Shown one piece after another: positions 1 to 12,624 of a DNA stretch of 64,000 nucleotides; positions within the stretch are counted from its first letter, which is position 1; every line of letters starts with the position of its first letter. Position numbers and translations under genes: made by a program. Source of the DNA: Eledone cirrhosa (Eukaryota); assembly GCA_964016885.1 (NCBI GenBank), contig OZ024742.1:178560001-178624000 (forward strand). Direction: 5' to 3'. Below the pieces are notes generated by a model that searched no databases, was not told the origin of the DNA, and saw only the letters and a list, made by a program, of their open reading frames with translations.

Positions 1-1652
1 AAAGCCTATGATGAATGTTGTGAAGAGAAATGGAATGAGATGGATGGGTCATGTGTTGAGGAAAGAGAAAAGTGACTGGGTGATGGGAATAAAGCCTATG
101 ATGAATGTTGTGAAGAGAAATGGAATGAGATGGTTGGGTCATGTGTTGAGGAAAGAGAAAAGTGACTGGGTGATGGGAATAAAGCCTATGATGAATGTTG
201 TGAAGAGAAATGGAATGAGATGGATGGGTCATGTGTTGAGGAAAGAGAAAAGTGACTGGGTGATGGGAATAAAGCCTATGATGAATGTTGTGAAGAGAAA
301 TGGAATGAGATGGTTGGGTCATGTGTTGAGGAAAGAGAAAAGTGACTGGGTGATGGGAATAAAGCCTATGATGAATGTTGTGAAGAGAAATGGAATGAGA
401 TGGTTGGGTCATGTGTTGAGGAAAGAGAAAAGTGACTGGGTGATGGGAATAAAGCCTATGATGAATGTTGTGAAGAGGAATGAGATGGTTGGGTCATGTG
501 TTGAGGAAAGAGAAAAGTGACTGGGTGATGGGAATAAAGCCTATGATGAATGTTGTGAAGAGAAATGGAATGAGATGGTTGGGTCATGTGTTGAGGAAAG
601 AGAAAAGTGACTGGGTGATGGGAATAAAGCCTATGATGAATGTTGTGAAGAGAAATGGAATGAGATGGTTGGGTCATGTGTTGAGGAAAGAGAAAAGTGA
701 CTGGGTGATGGGAATAAAGCCTATGATGAATGTTGTGAAGAGAAATGGAATGAGATGGTTGGGTCATGTGTTGAGGAAAGAGAAAAGTGACTGGGTGATG
801 GGAATAAAGCCTATGATGAATGTTGTGAAGAGAAATGGAATGAGATGGATGGGTCATGTGTTGAGGAAAGAGAAAAGTGACTGGGTGATGGGAATAAAGC
901 CTATGATGAATGTTGTGAAGAGAAATGGAATGAGATGGTTGGGTCATGTGTTGAGGAAAGAGAAAAGTGACTGGGTGATGGGAATAAAGCCTATGATGAA
1001 TGTTGTGAAGAGAAATGGAATGAGATGGATGGGTCATGTGTTGAGGAAAGACAAAAGTGACTGGGTGATGAGAATAGAGCCTATGATGAATGTTGTGAAG
1101 AGGAATGAGATGGTTGGGTCATGTGTTGAGGAAAGACAAAAGTGACTGGGTGATGAGAATAGAGCCTATGATGAATGTTGTGAAGAGGAATGAGATGGTT
1201 GGGTCATGTGTTGAGGAAAGAGAAAAGTGACTGGGTGATGGGAATAAAGCCTATGATGAATGTTGTGAAGAGAAATGGAATGAGATGGATGGGTCATGTG
1301 TTGAGGAAAGAGAAAAGTGACTGGGTGATGGGAATAAAGCCTATGATGAATGTTGTGAAGAGAAATGGAATGAGATGGATGGGTCATGTGTTGAGGAAAG
1401 ACAAAAGTGACTGGGTGATGAGAATAGAGCCTATGATGAATGTTGTGAAGAGGAATGAGATGGTTGGGTCATGTGTTGAGGAAAGACAAAAGTGACTGGG
1501 TGATGAGAATAGAGCCTATGATGAATGTTGTGAAGAGAAATGGAATGAGATGGATGGGTCATGTGTTGAGGAAAGAGAAAAGTGACTGGGTGATGGGAAT
1601 AAAGCCTATGATGAATGTTGTGAAGAGAAATGGAATGAGATGGATGGGTCAT
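1..1652 (+). repeat. Tandem array of about 18.5 copies of a 90-bp unit (some 85-bp variants) derived from the 3' coding end of an RTE LINE; runs off the window start
   Basis: Unit starts at 1, 91, 181, 271, 361, 451, 536 etc. The unit translates GIKPMMNVVKRNGMRWLGHVLRKEKSDWVM, matching the RTE C-terminal RWxGHVxR motif. Confidence 0.93.
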
Positions 1653-2083
1653 CTGTTTTAATGTCATAGGAAGTGGAGGCAGAAAAACATGGCTAAAAAT
1701 GATGGAAGTGTGCAGACAATAGAAAAAAATAGAGAAGCTTGGCATGGGGTTCCCTGCAATGTTAATCTCTGCTTTATCAGTGAAGACAACCGTAAAACTG
1801 TTTTTAACAGCTTTACAATCTGAGACATTGAGGGGGATGGTAACATCTCTCGAAGTCACAACATCAGACTCATTGAATTTCATGCTGTTCTGGTGTGTTG
1901 AGGTGGATAGAGTCACAATACCAGACTCACTTAAGACAGCTGTTGTGCAACGGTTTCATTGCATTGTCAGACAAAGGGTCAGGAGAACCCTCCAGTGATG
2001 TGAAGGTCATAACAACCTCCCTAGTGTTGGTGATTTACATGATAAATGCACCCAGTACACACTGTAAAGTGGTTGGTGACATG

Positions 2084-2162
<79 letters not shown>

Positions 2163-2163
<1 letters not shown>

Positions 2164-4824
2164 TATACTTGAGAAGAATATGGAAGTTGAAGAACCCCAT
2201 AACCAATGCCAAATTTAAAAGCTTATTACTTGATGCCTTTGACAATACGGAAGAGCAATTAGAGACGTGCGATATAGAGGAACAGTGGCAATTCTTGAAA
2301 GTGAACCTGCTGAAAGCAACGGATGAAATCTGTGGCTGGAGCAGACCTATTGACAGGAGGAGAGTAACTTGGTGGAACAGTAAGGTAGAAGAGACAATCA
2401 AGGCCAAAAAGCAGGCTTGGAAAGTATGGCAGGATGGGGGAAGTAGAGAGCACTATCAAGTGGCCAGGAGAGAAGCGAAGAGACAAGTGTACCTTGCAAA
2501 AAGGGAAGCAGAGGAAAGAAAGTTCAAGCATGTTCTACAACCTGAGGACCAAAAACGTGAGGTGTTCAGGATTGCTAGACAATGTGTCAAGGAAAACCGT
2601 GATATTGTCAGGGAGAAGTGTGTCCGTAATGATAACGGTGTACTTGCCCGCACTGATACTGATAAGAAGATAGCCTGGAAGTGTCACTATGAGAGACTAT
2701 TAAATGAGGAGAATAAAGATAGTCTGCCCCAAATCGATCCAATAGAAAGACCAGCGGTGCAAGTTAAAGGTAGTATAATAAGTAAGGCAATCAAAGATAT
2801 GAAGACAGGCAAGGCAGCTGGGCCTTCGGAGATAGTTGCTGAGATGTTGAAGGAATCTGGAATGGTGGGACATACTATGGTCACCAGTATAGTTAACGAA
2901 GTAATACAGAATGGGGTCATGCCAAAAGACTGGCGTAGCAGCAGCACCATTAACTGCTACAAGGGTAAAGGAGATGCTCTTAGATAGAGGAAACTATAGA
3001 GGCATTAAGTTAGTTGACCAGGTCATGAAGGTCACAAAGAGTTATAGTGCAACTAATCAGAGAGCGAATTGATCTAGATGAAATGCAGTTTGGGTTTGCG
3101 TCAGGTAAAAGTACCACAGAGGCTTTTTTCCTTGTACGACAACTACAAGAGAAGTACCTAGCTAAAAGTAAACCCATTTACTTAGCTTTTGTAGACCTGG
3201 AGAAAGCTTTTGACAGAGTCCCCTGCCCCATTATCTGGTGGGCTCTTAGAAAACTAGGTGTAGATGAATGGCTTGTGAGAGCTATACAAGCCATGTATAA
3301 TGAAACAGTCAGTAAGGTTAGAATTAACAATGAATATTTAGTGTAAAAGTTGGTGTTCACCAAGGCTCTGTCCTTAGCCCCTCCTATTTATTATTGCGCT
3401 TCAGGCTATAACAGAGGAGTTCAAGACTGGCTGCCCATGGGAACTCCTATACGCAGATGATCTAATGCTCATAGCTGAATCAATGGCTGAACTAGAGAAG
3501 AAATTCCAAACTTGGAAGCATGGCCTAGAATCAAAAGGCCTTAAAGTTAACTTGTCTAAGACTAAAGTCCTAGTTTGTAGAAAGGAAAATAAGGCACAGG
3601 TACCCTCAGGGAAATGGCCATGCTCAGTGTGTAGGAAAGGAGTAGGCAGAAATTCAATTTTATGTCTCAAATGCAAAGTATGGGTACATAAAAGATGTAG
3701 TGGAATCACAGGTAAACTATCTAAGAACATAGACTTTATATGTGGCCGATGCTCAGGTGCAATAAGTAGCAAGTGTCCACAGGATACTAGCTCCTTCTAT
3801 TGCCCAGATGGTTCTAAAGAAATAGTAGACACTTTCTGTTATCTGGGTGTCAAAATCAGCAGTGGTGGAGGGTGTTCTGAAAGTACAGTAGCCAGAGTCA
3901 GAACGGGATGGAAAAAGTTCAGAGAGCTTATACCGCTGTTGGCCACAAAAGGTTTCTCTCTAAAAATGAAAGGCAGGCTGTATGATGCTTGTATACGAAC
4001 AGAAATGCTATATGGCAGTGAGACATGGGCATTACGTGCAGAGGACCTGCGCAGACTGGAAAGGAGCGAAGCATGCATGCTCCGTTGGATGTGTAATAGT
4101 AATATACGTGAACGGCAAAGCATAAATGAGCTAAGTGAGAAATTAAGAATAAGAGGGATCAGATGCTGTTTACTTGAGAGAAGATTACGTTGGTATGGCC
4201 ACGTGATGCTCATGAAAGACGACAGCTGTAAAAAAAAAGTGCAGGGCGATCAAAATTGATGGTAGTTACGGAGTAGGTAGACCCAGAAAAACCTGGGACG
4301 ATCTGATAAATTCCGACACTTGCACCTCTCTAAGACAATGTCACTGGACCGAGATCTTTGGCGCTACACAGTAATATTGAAGACTCGCCTTGCCTATGTA
4401 CAAAGCGAAACCTACAGTCAGTAGGTACCTCTTAACCAAATATACACCCCAATCCACTACCCCTACCCTATCCTCCCACTCCCACCAACACCACCCTCTC
4501 TCTGTAACGTTGGTACCACAACATCCAGTCCAAATAAATGAGATAATGAGATTGAGATCGTGTAGGTGTCACAAGAAAAAAAAAAAAAAAACCACAGTCC
4601 ACGCTGTAATGTGGCCGTGTAGGTAACACTGTAAAAAGTTCCCAGTTCCACACTGTAAATGTGGTTGGTGTTAGGAAGGGCATCCAACCGTAGAAAACCC
4701 ACCAGATAGTCCTATATGAGCGAGACACGGTCACCCGACCTACCTTGCCTCAAGTGGGACAACTCTCGTCTAACCCATGCTGGCGTGGAAGATGGACGTT
4801 AATCAAAGATGATGATGATGATGA
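2163..4824 (+). mobile_element. RTE-clade LINE, 5'-truncated and disrupted (RT, PHD-like finger, C-terminus, 3'UTR, (GAT)n tail)
   Basis: ORF pieces 2046-2987, 3047-3346 and 3465-4259 carry QFGF, FVDLEKAFDRV, LYADD and LRWYGHV, with stops and frameshifts. Ends in gatgatgat and starts at a (CA)n tract. Confidence 0.93.
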
Positions 4825-5380
4825 TATATATATATATTCTTGCCAAACAAAGGATTGTGAGGACCCTCAGTTGTGTCAAAGGCATCACAACCTCTCCTGA
4901 GCACTTGATGGAACATGAGACTGTACATACGTAAGACACAGCTCCCTGGCTTGCTTGGGAGATCAATGGCTTTGCTTCAGTATGGACATGGTCTATATAG
5001 GCCTATCCAACCTTTGCTAGTAGGGAAAGTGGACGTTAAAATGATGATAATGATGATGGTGATGATGACACCAGTGGGTGGCCACCAAATAGCTCTATTG
5101 TCATGAGGATAGGTGCTGAAACACCTACAGAGTTATTTCACCACCTTATGAGACCTTGACTCCTGCATTCAGAGATGGAGTAAAGCAGCACCCACAGCAC
5201 ATATCTGTGTTTATCAAGTATTGGCATTGATGTTCAGACTGTTTTACAACTGGCAACTTTTGCAAAACAACCAATGTATGACTTATCAGTTTAACCTACC
5301 AACATGTAACAAAGCATACCAACCTCCTCCTCCTTTCCATTTTTATCAAATTACATCTATATATCTATCTATACACATGA

Positions 5381-5442
<62 letters not shown>

Positions 5443-5959
5443 TTATTCAAAATAGCAAAGGTAGTAGTTATATATATGAATAAAACAAATAGTTATGTCA
5501 TTTACATATATGAATAAAACTAAACACGGATCTCTGAATACTTTTTCTTTTGCAAGTTTCTTTTATACCCACACACACACACACACACATATATATATGG
5601 CCATGCTCAGCCCTGATCCAGCATGCCTATGACTAAAGGTATATCAGCTGTGATCATTCACTTGCCTTAATTTTGAGATATAGGTTTACGTTATCCAATA
5701 TATTCTTCCATTTTTTAAAGAAAAAACAAAACAACAAGGTTTAATTTGATGTAGACGTGGCGGCTATTTTTAGCATATTGACAAACCACTTAGAGGTTTC
5801 CTCATTGGTTCAACTGAACTGTAAGTTTTCATATATATGTATATATTAGATGATGCTGATGAAGGGTAGTTACCACAGCATTTCTTAGGCTCCTTTAAAT
5901 TAACCCTTGATACCAAACTGCCTGAACAGCCAATGGTTCTACAATACAAAACTGTTTAT

Positions 5960-6515
5960 CACTACCATCACAATTTCCATGCTTGCATGGGTTATATGGG
6001 CTGTCACATACTAAGGCTAGACTAGTCAGGTGACCATGTCTAGCTCGCGTTCCTTTTTGGAATGATTGGTTGGTTGGTTTCTACAGCTGGATGTACTGAG
6101 AACATTTTATTATGGCATCAACACTATCACCTTACTGAGAGGAGTGGGTGCTTTTTGTCATGGCACTAGCGCTACCACCGCACTGGGAAGACTGGGGGAT
6201 TTTTGTCATGGCACCAACACTACCACTTACTGGGAAGATTGGGCAATTTTTGTCATGGCACCAGCACTACCACTTTACTGGGAAGACTGGGTGATTTTTG
6301 TCATGGCACCAGCACTACCACTTTACTGGGAAGACTGGGTGATTTTTGTCATGGCACCAGCACTACCACCTTACTGGGAAAGCTGGGTGATTTTTGTCGT
6401 GGCACCAGCAATACCACCTTACTAGGAAGACTGGGTGATTTTTGTCATGGCACCAGTGCTACCACAATACAGGGTGAACTGGGTGTGTTATTATCATGGC
6501 ACCAACACTAGAGGT
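5960..6515 (-). repeat. RTE-tail-type element with about 8 tandem copies of a ~48-bp 3'UTR unit
   Basis: Repeated ttttgtcatggcaccagcactaccactttactgggaagactgggtgat, similar to the RTE 3'UTR at 22100-22230. Confidence 0.7.
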
Positions 6516-6599
6516 TGTCTTGCCTTTGACAAAATTGAAGAATCCTCTCGACCCTTTTTTTGGCATGGTTTATTTATATATTTTTTTCTGCTTTTCCAG

Positions 6600-6825
6600 G
6601 AGGTTGTGTAAGCTTTGTGAGAAACATTGCTCTAATTCCCGAGCCATGTCTTCTTTACAAGGTTTTAAGGCTGTGAATGAACCAATTCTGTCTTACCTTC
6701 CTGGAAGTGAAGAACGGGTGAAACTGGAGGCAGCCCTAGAGAAACATCAAAACCAACAAGTTGACATACCAATTGTTGTCGGAGGAGAAGAGATTCGAAC
6801 AGATGACGTCCATTATCAAGTTGCA
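6600..6825 (+). CDS. ALDH4A1: P5C dehydrogenase, first visible coding exon
   Basis: ttttccag acceptor and GTAAGT donor at 6826. Translates ..MSSLQGFKAVNEPILSYLPGSEERVKLEAAL..IPIVVGGEEIRT..YQVA. Confidence 0.9.
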
Positions 6826-7069
6826 GTAAGTTTAAGCCTTTTATGTCCCTATTTTTAATGAAAGACATTGTAATTTGAAATGTAGTCATCCCAATGTAAA
6901 TGAATACAACAATAGTCAATCACTATAAATATCAGAAAAAGGTGGATAAAAGACACCTTACCCTTTTTTCTATCTCCAGGTACTTTACATAATTTTCTCA
7001 ACTGTTATTTATAGTGATAGACTATTGCTGTGGGATGACCACATTTCAAAAAGTCTCAATCATGATTAA

Positions 7070-7291
7070 CCCTTTAGTAATTTACATTACTCTATATATA
7101 CTATTATATTTTCATGGTAAAGGCTTTACTTCACATAATTATCTCACATGATATTGAATCTGTGAGATTTTGATATTATTTATTTTGAGAACAATACTTT
7201 AATGTCAGTATGAGCAGCTGGTTACAGCTGATTTGAACAGAAAGATGTGAGAGAATTCTGGCTGGAAACAGCCGGTTTAAATGCTAAAGGG
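7070..7291 (-). mobile_element. piggyBac-type MITE
   Basis: TTAA|CCCTTTAG ... CTAAAGGG|TTAA. Reverse orientation relative to the copies at 15136 and 41555. Confidence 0.88.
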
Positions 7292-7362
7292 TTAAGTCAA
7301 CCAGATGAAGCCCACTGTATTTTAGTTAATTAATATTTTGGGGAGATTTTCTAAACTAATTA

Positions 7363-7566
7363 CCGTATATACTCAAGTATAAGCTGAAGATATGTGACCA
7401 AAACATTGATGGTAAAATGGAGGGTCAGCTTATATACGCCATCTAAACATAATGTGTTGATTAGCTGCCGTGGCTTATAAATGGTGTTTGGAATTTTGCC
7501 CATTTCTCAGCCATACAATAGGGTGTCAGCTTATATTCGAATCCTCTTATATTCAAGTATATACCG
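7363..7566. mobile_element. Tc1/mariner(pogo)-type MITE
   Basis: TA-flanked imperfect TIRs ccgtatatactcaagtataag ... cttatattcaagtatataccg. Confidence 0.7.
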
Positions 7567-7590
7567 TATTTCATTATTAAGATGATATAA

Positions 7591-7780
7591 GGCGGTGGAT
7601 TGGCAGTATCGGTAGAGGGTCGGATGCCATGCTTTCGAGCATAATTACGTCCCTTTACGATCTGAGTTCAAATCCCGCCGAGGTTGACTTTGCCTTTCAT
7701 CCTTACGGGGTCGATAAAATAAAGTACCAGTAATGTACTGGGAAATTGCTGGCCTTGTGCCTAAAGTAGAAACAATTATT
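7591..7780 (+). mobile_element. tRNA-derived SINE family A, representative copy. Other + copies near 9487, 11730, 15700, 17870, 18345, 19043, 26950, 27150, 33690, 34266, 37270, 39036, 43205, 44820, 47560, 47721
   Basis: A-box-like tggcagtatcggtaga, B-box gagttcaaatcc, central gcctttcatccttacggggtcgataaaataaagtaccag (resembles a Meta-type domain), short (ATT)n tail. Confidence 0.85.
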
Positions 7781-8010
7781 AAGATGATATAACTTAATAT
7801 ATGTTTTTTATATACTGGAACAACATGAAATGACCAAAACACTTCATTTTACGTTGCTCCATTATACTCAGCCGAAACTGGGAGTTAACCCTGCAATTAA
7901 CTAGCATCCTGTCCAGGGGAAGTCAGGTACTCTCAGTCGCTTAACACCAAGGAAGTCTGGATAAGCATCAGCCTAATGAGCCTTCAAGTTTCATACAGAC
8001 TTTAGACTTA

Positions 8011-8226
8011 TCATCATCATTTCATTTTACGTCCGCTTTTCTCTGCTTGCTAGGGTGGGACGGGAACTGATGCTGGCTTGATTTCTACAGCTGGATGCCC
8101 TTCCTAACACCAACCTCATTTACAGTGAGTGCTGGGTGCTTTTTTGCCGTGGCACCTCCACGACCACTTTGCAGTGGAATGATATGGACCCCAGTCCCTA
8201 TCATCTCATTTCTACAGCTGAGTAAA
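8011..8226 (-). mobile_element. SINE family B fragment with RTE-derived 3' tail
   Basis: Near-identical to 32962-33185. (GAT)n tail on the minus strand. Confidence 0.75.
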
Positions 8227-8399
8227 ATTTTAATATATATTTTAATATATATATGTATTATAATATATATATATATATATATATATTATAATACATATAT
8301 ATATTAAAATATATATTAAAATTTTAAAATAATTAAAATATATATTAAAATTTAAAATAATATTTTAAAATCTATGGTATTTTCAATTGTCTTTTGCAG

Positions 8400-8447
8400 C
8401 CATTTGATCATCAGAAGAAAATTGCCAAGTATTACTATGCCAGTAGT
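8400..8447 (+). CDS. ALDH4A1: P5C dehydrogenase exon 2 (48 bp)
   Basis: ttttgcag/GTAAGT boundaries. PFDHQKKIAKYYYASS, phase 0-0. Confidence 0.9.
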
Positions 8448-8784
8448 GTAAGTCTTGTTTGTCTTGTTTTTTTTTTTATAAGTAGTGTTTTCTGAGTAGT
8501 ATTGAGTTAAATACCTCAGTATTTGTTCTGATTCCTTGCATTCTAAGTTCAAATCCTACCAAAGGTGTCCGTGAATTGACAGACTTGTTAAGGATTTGGA
8601 TGACAAGATGATTTGCAATATCTGATCAAGCACTGTGTTCAAATTCTGAGTTCAAATCCCACCTCATTCTACCAGGAGTTGTGGCCTGCAGATAGGATCA
8701 GCAATGGAAAAATCAATGGAATCATACTTTCCTTGGTCTGATTTGATGATCAGTATCTTTTCTTTTCCATTTTTTCCCTTGTAT

Positions 8785-8855
<71 letters not shown>

Positions 8856-9268
8856 TACCCCCCCCCCCTATATTTATATATGATTTTCAAATTTAAAAAA
8901 ACAATGAATTTAGAGAGAGAGAGTTAGTAATATATCTAATGTTCTCTGGAACATAACAAAGGTTCTTACATAAAATTATGATGGAAAGTTTTTATATAAA
9001 TTTAAACACTTAAAAAACAGTTTTGTATCTTGGAACCAGGTGTGGTTTCAGGTGGTTGGGTATCAAAATTTATGGTTCCTATATAAAACAATGTTGGAAG
9101 ATTTTAAATTTAAATAGAAACCCTTTAAAACAGGTGGGTTTGTTTCATAGAAATAGGGGCAGATTTGGTATTAGATGAGTTAAGTAAGTGGATGTTTTTT
9201 GCAGGAAATTATGAATAAACTTTAGATAATCATTTTTCTAGTAAAATCTGTGTATTTTCCTTGTACAG

Positions 9269-9424
9269 GATATTATCAAGAAAGCAATTGATGTCAGTCA
9301 GAAAGCCCGACATGATTGGGCTCGTGTACCATTTGAAGAAAAGGGTAAAATCTTCTTAAAAGCTGCTGATCTTATTAGCAATGAATATCGAATGGATCTG
9401 ATGGCATCCACCATGCTGGGACAG
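9269..9424 (+). CDS. ALDH4A1: P5C dehydrogenase exon 3
   Basis: AG/GT bounded. DIIKKAIDVSQKARHDWARVPFEEKGKIFLKAADLISNEYRMDLMASTMLGQ. Confidence 0.94.
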
Positions 9425-10883
9425 GTATTTGATTTCTCTTTTTTGGTTTCTTTTTTTTTTGTTAATTTTTTCTTTTTCTCTCACATTGTGGATTGGCAGT
9501 ATCGGTAGAGAGTCGGACCTCATGCTATACAGTATAGAGTTGCGGCCCTTTACAGTCTGCGTTCAAATCCCGCTGAGGTTAACTTTGCCTTTCATAATTA
9601 TGGGGTCGATAAAATAAAGTACTAGTAATGCACTGGGGTAATTGCTGGCCTTGTGCCAAAAGTAGAAACAATATTTTCGAAAGCATCCCCACCAAATGGC
9701 AGTAAGCTATAACAATCGTTATATGCTATCTTGTTCATGTCACTATTAGAAATTTGTTGTCAGGGTCATAATAGTCATAAGAATGACTTGGTTGCCGCCT
9801 AGGGGTCCAACAATTCTTTTTGATGTATTGAACGATGTATTCCAGTGGGGAGCCAAAATGCTTGACAGCCTAGGGGCCTGGTTATGGATTACATTGCAGC
9901 AGTTTTCTCATTAGATTTGTTGAGCCCATGGAAGGCCAGGGGTTTCTATACATGAAAGTCAGGCTTCCACACAGTTTCTGTCTACTAATTTCACTCACTC
10001 AGTGAGATCGCTGGTCATTTCCTTCCGTATCAGTCAAAACAAACTTCTTAACAACACAGCTATATGTGCACCTGTTTGTTATCAACTAACATGCTGATCA
10101 TTTTCTACTGTATCAGCTGACCATCCATTTTTATCAACTCTGTATTTTAATAGATTAATCATTCATTTTCTATTTCATCTGTTGACTAACCTTTTCATTA
10201 CCATATTTCTAATCATTGTTGCTGCCTATGTTTTTCAGGTAATTTTGAAAATAACTAACAATTTGAAGGAATTTAGTAATATAACTAACTCTCATTATCA
10301 AAATAGCATTTGGAACATAACTTAATGGAGATTCTTATATAAAATTATAGTGGAAGGTTTTTAGATAAATATAAACATTTTCATTGCCATATTTCTAATC
10401 TATGACACCCCCTATGATTCTCAAATCAATTTGAAAATAATCGTAATTTTGGAGAGATTTAGTAATATAACTAATTTACTCATTATTAAGCAGACATCAT
10501 CATCATAACTTAGTGGGAGAGAGGAAGACAGTGACAATGGGAGTTTATTTCCATTGTGTTCGGACCTGGTGTAAATATACTTAACAAAGGTTCTTATATA
10601 AAATTATGATGGGATGTTTTTAGATAAATACAAACTCTCTAAAATAACCCACTTTTATTGTAGCACTGGAGGCAGTTTGCTATCAAAGGTGTTAACCTTT
10701 CTTCAATTGTATATCAAAATATTCATAAGTGTTCCTAGTTCTATTAACAAGGGTGTCATTTAGTGATATTGTCTATATGCTTCAGCTTCGGCTTGTTCCT
10801 GTTGGGGGTCGGGTATTCTGTATTACTGCATGATGCCAGAGGTCACATTGTATAACTTTTATTTTCTCTTTAACAATGTCTAG

Positions 10884-10964
10884 GGTAAGACCATTATACA
10901 AGCTGAAATAGACTGTGCTGCTGAACTAGCAGATTTCTACAGGTTTAACGTACAGTTTGGTCTG
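10884..10964 (+). CDS. ALDH4A1: P5C dehydrogenase exon 4
   Basis: tag/GTAAGT boundaries. GKTIIQAEIDCAAELADFYRFNVQFGL. Confidence 0.94.
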
Positions 10965-11134
10965 GTAAGTTGCTAATATTTTGTTCTCTCTCTCCTTTCT
11001 CAAATACTGACTGACCAACATAGACTGTAGAATAAACTCACACTACCTCCAGAAACACTAAGTAAATGGATTTACCTTGTCCATTGAACACTCTCGGAAT
11101 GACATGTCTTGACCCTTGATTGATGTCATCATAA

Positions 11135-11520
11135 TCATCATCATCATCATCATCATTTTACGTCCACTTTTCTCTGCTTGCAAGGGTGGGACGGGTCCTA
11201 TTCAGCACAGCATCTCTCCACTTGTCACGGTCCTTCGTCATTTCCCACGTTGAGTTTCAGCGATCTGAGGTCTGCTCTCACCACCTCCACCCATAGTTTT
11301 CGTGGTCTTCCTCTACTATGTCTTCCATCTACTGGGATTTCTTGGCACTTCTTTACCCAGCGGTCATCCTCCATGCGCATCACATGTCCATACCATCTCA
11401 TCTTCTCTCCTGCACACCACAACTTATCCCTCTTATACCCAGTTTCTTTCTCAACTCGTCTATGCTTGGTCGTTCACGCACATTGACATTCCACATCCAA
11501 CGGAGCATGCTTGCTTCATT
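11135..11520 (-). mobile_element. RTE LINE 3' fragment
   Basis: Minus ORF MRWYGHVMRMEDDRWVKKC...RGRPRKLWVEVV, followed by a (GAT)n tail. Confidence 0.85.
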
Positions 11521-11895
11521 AAATACATTAACCTCTCAAATTACACATGAACATTTTTGGTTCATCATTACATCTTCCTATCCTCATTACTGGACCATGG
11601 ACAATTGCACCAATACTCATTTATATGATGCTTTATGGCCATGTTTCTCTTCAAGGAAAAAGTGATGCTGGTGGCTACCGAATCCTCGTGCCATCATCAT
11701 CATCATCATCATCATCATCATTATTATTAAATCCCGTCGAGGTTAACTTTGCCTTTCATCCTTATGGGGTCGATAAAATAAAGTACCAGTAATATACTGG
11801 GATAATTGCTGGCCTTGTGCCAAAAGTAGAAACAATTATTAATTACATCAAAACAAATGCACATACCACATTACATTCTTTCATTGCAATTAATG

Positions 11896-12308
11896 ACTAC
11901 AGTTTCCCCACCTCTACAGTTGCCCCACCTCTACAGTTTCCCCACCTCTACAGTTTCCCCACCTCTACAGTTTCCCCACCTCTACAGTTACCTTACCACT
12001 AGTTACCCCACCTCTACAGTTGCCTTACCACTAGTTACCCTACCTCTACAGTTGCCCCACCTATACAGTTACCTTACCACTAGTTACCCCACCTCTACAG
12101 TTGCCCCACCTCTACAGTTACCTTACCACTAGTTACCCCACCACTACAGTTACCTTACCACTAGTTATCCCACCTCTACAGTTACCCCACCGCTACAGTT
12201 ACCTTGCCACTAGTTACCCCACCGCTACAGTTACCTTACCACTAGTTACCCCACCTCTACAGTTACCTTACCACTAGTTACCCTACCTCTACAGTTACCT
12301 CACCTCTC
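11896..12308. repeat. Minisatellite of two alternating ~17-18-bp units just upstream of exon 5
   Basis: cacctctacagtt(g/t/a)ccc and cttaccactagttaccc repeated more than 20 times. Confidence 0.88.
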
Positions 12309-12347
12309 AATACATATTTACCCCATTTGCTTTATGATCTTCTGTAG

Positions 12348-12419
12348 GAAATGTTCAAGTATCAACCAATCAGTCCAAGTGCTACAGAAATCAACAAAGT
12401 ACAGTATCGTGGTACTGAG
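12348..12419 (+). CDS. ALDH4A1: P5C dehydrogenase exon 5
   Basis: tgtag/GTAAGT boundaries. EMFKYQPISPSATEINKVQYRGTE. Confidence 0.92.
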
Positions 12420-12624
12420 GTAAGTTGATTTGTTATCATTTAGTTCTCTAAACCTCCACTGTGTATTTATAACAAGGTGCCATTGCAACATATTAATTCA
12501 TTCCATCTTTTAGTGTTCTTCTTTTTCTGCTTCTCTATCTTCTTTTTCTTATTCTTTCTTCTTCTTTTTTTTCTTTTTCTTCACTTCTCTTTCTTCTTCT
12601 TTTCTTCTGCCTTTTTAAAATATT

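Noticed and set aside
1-1652. CRISPR-like array
   Set aside because: Units are contiguous with no unique spacers, in a eukaryotic context.
8-1661. Repetitive ORFs of 68-221 aa as a repeat protein gene
   Set aside because: By-product of a 90-bp LINE-derived unit. 5-bp deletions break the frame and there is no gene structure.
5850-5885. CTGATGA as a hammerhead core
   Set aside because: No downstream GAAA and stem III.
7591-7680. tRNA genes at A/B-box sequences
   Set aside because: No cloverleaf, and each continues into a SINE body.
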